DNA from: an uncultured Thermoplasmata archaeon
GTDB lineage: Archaea; Thermoplasmatota; Thermoplasmata; RBG-16-68-12
Assembly: GCA_963768855.1 (NCBI GenBank)
Contig: CAVYJM010000011.1
Coordinates: 288,001 to 352,000, forward strand
Direction: 5' to 3'
Length of the DNA stretch: 64,000 bases
The translations under genes were made by a program, and so were the position numbers. The notes beneath the pieces are model-generated. The model was not told the DNA's origin. It did not search any database and saw nothing but the letters and a program-made list of their open reading frames with translations. Shown here piece by piece: positions 59,421-64,000 of this stretch; within the stretch, counting starts at the first letter, position 1; each line of letters starts with the position of its first letter.

Positions 59421-61895
59421 CTACCCTCCGCGCGCCTGCGCACCGGCCCCCCCGCGCAGGCGGGAGAACAGGGACTGCGCGCGACTGCGCCAGGGCGCCG
59501 CCTCGTCGCGGCGTCCCTGCGCTTCGTAGACCTGTGCGATCTCCTCGCACCGGCTCGCGAGGCTGTACGGATTGTCGAGGCGCGCGATCAGGTCCACGGA
59601 CGCCAGGAGCTCCTGCTCCGCCCGCGGCCACTCGCCTTTCCGGGCCGCCACCATCCCGAGGTTCGCCCGCGCGGTGGACACCGCGACCGGGTCGCGGACC
59701 GTCGAGGCCAGGTCGAGGGCGCGGGAGGCGCACGTCGACGCGGCGTCCGTCGCGTCCATCCGCAGGAAGTTGTCCGCGGCGTTCGCCAGTGCGTACGAGG
59801 CGAATCGCACTTCGCCGGCGCCCAGGGCGAGTTCCGCGGAGCGCTCGAAGGCCCGCGCGGCGTCCTGGGGCTTGCCCTCCTCGCTCAGGATGATCGCGAG
59901 GTTGTTCTCGATCGCCGCGAGCTCCCGGCTTCCCTTCCGGGCCAGGTGCTGGCCTTCTTCAAGCCGCGCGCGGGCGCCACTCAGGTCGCCGCGAGCGATG
60001 AGGGCCGCGCCGAGGTCCGTGAGGGCGCGCGTCCGCTCGCGGGAGGCGTCCGCCAGGAGCAGCGTGGCCCGCGTCAGGTAGTCGATCGCGACGCCCAGGT
60101 TCCCGAGCCGGCGCTCGACCCCGCCGAGCGCACGGAGCGCCTCGCCCTCCAGCTCCGGCACGCCCATGATACTCGCCTCCCGCACCGCCAGGGAGAGGAG
60201 GCGCTGGGCGTCCGCGTATTCCCCCTCGCGGGTCTTAATGCGGCCGAGGTGGACCCGGGCCCGGAGACATTCCTCCGGACTCCCGCGTCGCACGATCGCC
60301 TCCAGGGTCGTTCGGGCCTCGTCGAACTTCCCGAGGAAGACCTGGGTCTCCGCGAGCAGGCGCGGCGGGCGGAGGGGCGGGGGAAGGCCTAGGACGCACG
60401 CCTCCAGCTCGCCCGCCCGCGCCCCGTCCGCGTAGGCTTCGCCATGCTCCAGGAGGAGGTCCGACGCGGCCTGGAGTTCGCGCGCTTCGAGGAGATGGTT
60501 CGCGGCCTCCAGGAAGTCGCCGCGGTCCTCCCAATACGTCGCCGCGCGCGCGTGCGCCTTCCGACGGTCCGTCTCGACCATGCGGCCGAGGTAGAACTCC
60601 TTCACGAGGTCGTGGAGGAGATATCCCTCCTCCCGGTGCTGGAGGACCGCCCGCTTCAGGAGTTGCCGCAGCTGCGCGACCGTCGTGCCGAGCGCCTCCG
60701 GCGACTTGGCGGGGCGGCGGAGGATCGCGAAGGTCTTGAGCGCTTCCTCGGAAACGTCGTCGAGCCCTTCGAGGACGGTCTCGAGGACGAAGCGCTCGGT
60801 CTCGACCGCGCCCGCGTCGAGCCCGCTCGCCGCGAAGAGTTCGAGGGCCAGGGGATGCCCGCGCGTCGCGCGGAGGACGCGGGCTACCGAGCTCGCGTCC
60901 AGATCCCTCCGGCGGTGGGTGAGGAGCTCCTCCGCGGCTGCGGCGTCGAGCCCGCCCAGCGGGACTTCGAGGATCCCGCCTTCGTTCAAGTCGCCGCGAT
61001 CGTAGAAGGCGGGCTGGGTCCGCGTCGCGACGAGCACCTTGAATGGAGGCGCCTTCTCCACGAGGGACGCAAGGACCCCCTCGGCCGCGGGGCACGCGTG
61101 AAGGTCATCGAGGGCCAGGATGCATCCGGCCAGATCCTCCCGGAGGACGGCGATCGCCTCGAGCGGGTCGTAGGCCGGCCGGGACAGGACCGTCTTGAGC
61201 CGGCGGCGCCCCTCGCGGGCGAGGAAGTCGGCGACCGTGGACAGGATGCCGTGCGCGTCGTCGTATGGGTAGAGGCGCCGCTGCAGGACGGGCATTGACG
61301 CATCCTCCAGGGCCTTCGCGACGAGGACGCTCTTCCCGATCCCCGCGACTCCGATGACGACGGCCAGGGGGTGCGCATCGTCGCGCAGCCAGCTGCGGAG
61401 CGTCGCGAGCTCCCCCGTCCGACCGTAGAAGGGGCGTTGAGTTGGCGGTGCTGCACGCGGGCTTTCGTGGGGCCTCAGGTCCACGACCCCGCCCGCGAGG
61501 ATTCGCTGGACGCCGTCCCACTCCCGGATGCCCGCGGCGCGCAAGGCGTCGAGGGCCTCGTCCCCGCGGACCTCGTGCGTGCCGTCCCCGGTGACGAGGA
61601 GGACGTCGCGCGTGCGCGCGTGTTCGCGCATGCGACGGGCGAGGTCCTGTCCTGCGGGGGTCAGGACGTACACCTTGCGGCGGGTGCGAGCGGTCGCCAC
61701 ATGGGCCATCCGCTCCTCCACCTTCCCCACTGCGCGAAGACGCTTGAGTTCGAGGGCCACATGAGCCCGACTGATGCCCAACGCTGAACCAATCCCGTCC
61801 TGGGTCATCTCCGGAGGGACCTCGTAGGCGTCGATGTGACGCAGGAAGCCGGAGAGGTGGACAACGATTCTCTCCCCGACCGTGGCTCCGGTCAC
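59421..61895 (-). CDS. wHTH-STAND NTPase-TPR protein
   Basis: N-terminal HTH (TQDGIGSALGISRAHVALELKRL), FYGRTGEL, Walker A GVAGIGKS, Walker B ALDDLH, GHPLAL, C-terminal TPR-like repeats. Confidence 0.88.
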   Translation of the reverse strand: MTGATVGERIVVHLSGFLRHIDAYEVPPEMTQDGIGSALGISRAHVALELKRLRAVGKVEERMAHVATARTRRKVYVLTPAGQDLARRMREHARTRDVLLVTGDGTHEVRGDEALDALRAAGIREWDGVQRILAGGVVDLRPHESPRAAPPTQRPFYGRTGELATLRSWLRDDAHPLAVVIGVAGIGKSVLVAKALEDASMPVLQRRLYPYDDAHGILSTVADFLAREGRRRLKTVLSRPAYDPLEAIAVLREDLAGCILALDDLHACPAAEGVLASLVEKAPPFKVLVATRTQPAFYDRGDLNEGGILEVPLGGLDAAAAEELLTHRRRDLDASSVARVLRATRGHPLALELFAASGLDAGAVETERFVLETVLEGLDDVSEEALKTFAILRRPAKSPEALGTTVAQLRQLLKRAVLQHREEGYLLHDLVKEFYLGRMVETDRRKAHARAATYWEDRGDFLEAANHLLEARELQAASDLLLEHGEAYADGARAGELEACVLGLPPPLRPPRLLAETQVFLGKFDEARTTLEAIVRRGSPEECLRARVHLGRIKTREGEYADAQRLLSLAVREASIMGVPELEGEALRALGGVERRLGNLGVAIDYLTRATLLLADASRERTRALTDLGAALIARGDLSGARARLEEGQHLARKGSRELAAIENNLAIILSEEGKPQDAARAFERSAELALGAGEVRFASYALANAADNFLRMDATDAASTCASRALDLASTVRDPVAVSTARANLGMVAARKGEWPRAEQELLASVDLIARLDNPYSLASRCEEIAQVYEAQGRRDEAAPWRSRAQSLFSRLRGGAGAQARGG

Positions 61896-61994
61896 GGTAT
61901 GAAGCACCCCCAGCTGGAGGACGTAGCCGCGCGATTTCTCTTAAGCGTCTTGTATATGCCGCATGGATTCGAGCAGGCCCCGGTCCTCCCTGGG

Positions 61995-62678
61995 TCACGT
62001 CGTGCGGCGAAGCTCGTCCAGGAGGTCGGGGAGCGGGACGAGGTCCGCGATCTCGTGGTCCGGGCGCGGGTCGGACGCGCCCCGCTCGACCCCGGTCCGG
62101 TTGACCCACACGGTCCGCATGCCGAGGCGCGACGCGCCCTCGACGTCCGCCGTCAGGGAGTCACCCACGTGGACAACCTCGGCGGGCTCTGCGCAGAGGA
62201 GGTCCAGGGCCACTTCGAAGATTCGTGGCCGCGGCTTGTACGAGCGCACGCTCTCCGACGTGATGATGTGGTCGAAGGACAATCCGTTCTTCCGGAGCAG
62301 CCCCTTCAGGAACGCGTCGTCCGCGTTGGAGACGACCGCGCGCGGGAGCCCGTCCACGCGCGCGAGTATCCGCGACGTCTCCGGGAACGCTTTCGCGTTC
62401 TGCCACATCCGCTCGAGCATCTCGATGTACGGGCGCGTCTCGCCCTCGATCCCGAAGTCGCCCATCGCCTTCGCCAGGCTGTCCTCCGTCGTGTCCTCGA
62501 GGGTCTGGAACTCCTCCTGCTCCGCACCGAAGAAGTAGCGGTCCCAGGTCTCGAGCAGCTTCTCCGGCGGGAGGCCGGGGCGGTGGTCCACGCACACGGC
62601 CCGGGCGACATGGATCAGGACGTCCCGACCCGTGTCGATGAGCGTCCCGAACGCGTCGAAGGTGACGGCGCGGATCAT
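61995..62678 (-). CDS. HAD-superfamily hydrolase
   Basis: FDAFGTLID, VSNAD, YKPRPRIF, HVGDSLTADVEGA. Confidence 0.92.
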   Translation of the reverse strand: MIRAVTFDAFGTLIDTGRDVLIHVARAVCVDHRPGLPPEKLLETWDRYFFGAEQEEFQTLEDTTEDSLAKAMGDFGIEGETRPYIEMLERMWQNAKAFPETSRILARVDGLPRAVVSNADDAFLKGLLRKNGLSFDHIITSESVRSYKPRPRIFEVALDLLCAEPAEVVHVGDSLTADVEGASRLGMRTVWVNRTGVERGASDPRPDHEIADLVPLPDLLDELRRTT

Positions 62679-62703
62679 CACGTTGCCTGACCGCGCGCGG
62701 GGC

Positions 62704-63360
62704 TCATGACCTTTGTCCTCGTCCGAAGGCGCACATGCGCCGCACGGGGCATGCCTCGCACTGCGGGCGCGGGCGGCAGAACGTCTTCGCATGCCGCACG
62801 AGGAGCGCGTGGTACTCTTGGTACGTGCCGAGGTCCCGAGGGAGATGGTCCTCGAAGAACCGCTGGACCTCCTCGTAGTCCTCTCCCTCGAAAAGCCCGA
62901 TCCTCCTCCCGATCCGGATCGTGTACGCGTCGACGACGAAGATCGGATGGCGGCCCGCGTAGAGCAGGATGGAATCCGCGGTCTCCGGGCCCACGCCGGC
63001 CTGCGCGCGGAGGTCCTCGCGGAGGGCCGCGGTCGCACCCTGGAAGAAACGATCCAGGTTCCCATCGGCCCGCTCCACGAGATGACGGCAGAATGCCTTC
63101 AGGCGGATGGGCTTCGAGCGATACAGGCCGGCGACCCGGATGTGCCGTCGGATCTCGGGGACGGAGGCGGCGGCCAGCGCGTGGGGGTCCAACAGGCCGG
63201 CCTCCCGCAGATTCGCGAGCGCGCGTTCCACGTTCGCCCAGGCGGTCTGCTGCATGAGCAAGGCGCCGACGATGACCTCGAACTCCGTCTTGGCGGGCCA
63301 CCAGCGCTGCGGCCCGTATTCCTCATGGAGGCGCTCGAAGACCTGCCGGACGCGATCCAT
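62704..63360 (-). CDS. endonuclease III-related HhH-GPD DNA glycosylase
   Basis: WWPA, GALLMQQTAWANV, GVGPETADSILLY, VVDAY, CRPRPQCEACPVRRMC Fe-S loop. Confidence 0.92.
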   Translation of the reverse strand: MDRVRQVFERLHEEYGPQRWWPAKTEFEVIVGALLMQQTAWANVERALANLREAGLLDPHALAAASVPEIRRHIRVAGLYRSKPIRLKAFCRHLVERADGNLDRFFQGATAALREDLRAQAGVGPETADSILLYAGRHPIFVVDAYTIRIGRRIGLFEGEDYEEVQRFFEDHLPRDLGTYQEYHALLVRHAKTFCRPRPQCEACPVRRMCAFGRGQRS

Positions 63361-63446
63361 CGCCCCGGCGAAGACGGCCCGCGCCAAGAGGCTTGCCGTT
63401 GATACTCGCCCCGCCGCCTTTAAGCCCCCTGCCCAGATGCCCGCGC

Positions 63447-64000
63447 GTGGATCTGTTCGCCCTGGCGTTGACCGGGAGCGCGGTCTGGTATCCCGCATGG
63501 GACGAGGCCCTGTTCCGCTCCCTGAACCTGGCCGGGACGAACGCGATCCTGGATCTCGTCATGGTCCTGTTCACGGATCTCGCCCTCCCGTACGTCCTCG
63601 CCCTCCTCGCGATCCCGCTCTGGGCGAAGGGCCATCGCGAACAGGCGTTCGACCTCCTCGTCCTCCTCGCCTTGGTCATCGTCGTCACGGAGGTGCTCAA
63701 GTACGCCTTCGACCGGGCGCGCCCCTGCGATGTCCTGCCGAACGTGAATCTCCTGAGCCCGGAAGCGTGCGCGGCGGAGGGAGACCCCGCGTTCCCGAGC
63801 GGCCACGCCTCCCGGATCTTCGCGGTCGCCGCGTTCCTGGCCGTCTACTTCCGGTGGCCCGTCAAGGCGTCCGCGTTCGCGGTCGCCGTCGTCGTCGGGA
63901 TCAGCCGCGTGTACCTCGGCGTGCACTGGCCCTCCGACGTGCTCGCGGGCGCGGTCCTCGGGATCGCCCTCGCCCTCCTCTACGTGCTCGTCGCCCGGAA
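63447..64000 (+). CDS. PAP2-family lipid phosphatase (partial, runs off the window end)
   Basis: manual translation from GTG 63447: KYAFDRARP, FPSGH, SRVYLGVHWPSD; no stop in the window, so absent from the ORF track. Confidence 0.9.
   Translation, partial: MDLFALALTGSAVWYPAWDEALFRSLNLAGTNAILDLVMVLFTDLALPYVLALLAIPLWAKGHREQAFDLLVLLALVIVVTEVLKYAFDRARPCDVLPNVNLLSPEACAAEGDPAFPSGHASRIFAVAAFLAVYFRWPVKASAFAVAVVVGISRVYLGVHWPSDVLAGAVLGIALALLYVLVAR

Overview
High-GC archaeal chromosomal window. Archaeal-type EF-1alpha, EF-2, uS7/uS12/uS10, GluRS, TIM, Kae1 and Hef are all present. The protein styles suggest an uncultured Thermoplasmata lineage; this is inference, not a database result. About 65 genes, one tRNA-Ala(UGC), several hairpin terminators and a PadR-type operator are supported. 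No CRISPR array, transposase or integrase was seen. Most notable: (1) a solo Cas4-like Fe-S nuclease with a duplicated 4-TM membrane insert, lying downstream of a frameshifted secreted lamin-tail/double-HKD phospholipase D-family gene and next to a divergent 1245-aa DUF11-repeat surface protein with a cytoplasmic longin/roadblock-like tail; (2) a YdjG/YdjI-like Zn-ribbon + SPFH cluster with no PspA in the window, an apparent CTG start, a second YdjG paralog and an HtpX protease carrying a canonical EF-hand loop; (3) a TIM / LacD-type aldolase / class-I FBPase cluster suggesting an alternative gluconeogenic aldolase; (4) an MthK-like channel with a degenerate selectivity filter (TLIGAAN); (5) three small Cys-rich proteins missed by the ORF track. 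Many starts were re-assigned from the ORF track using homology and Shine-Dalgarno context. Family assignments come from motif recognition, not from searches.
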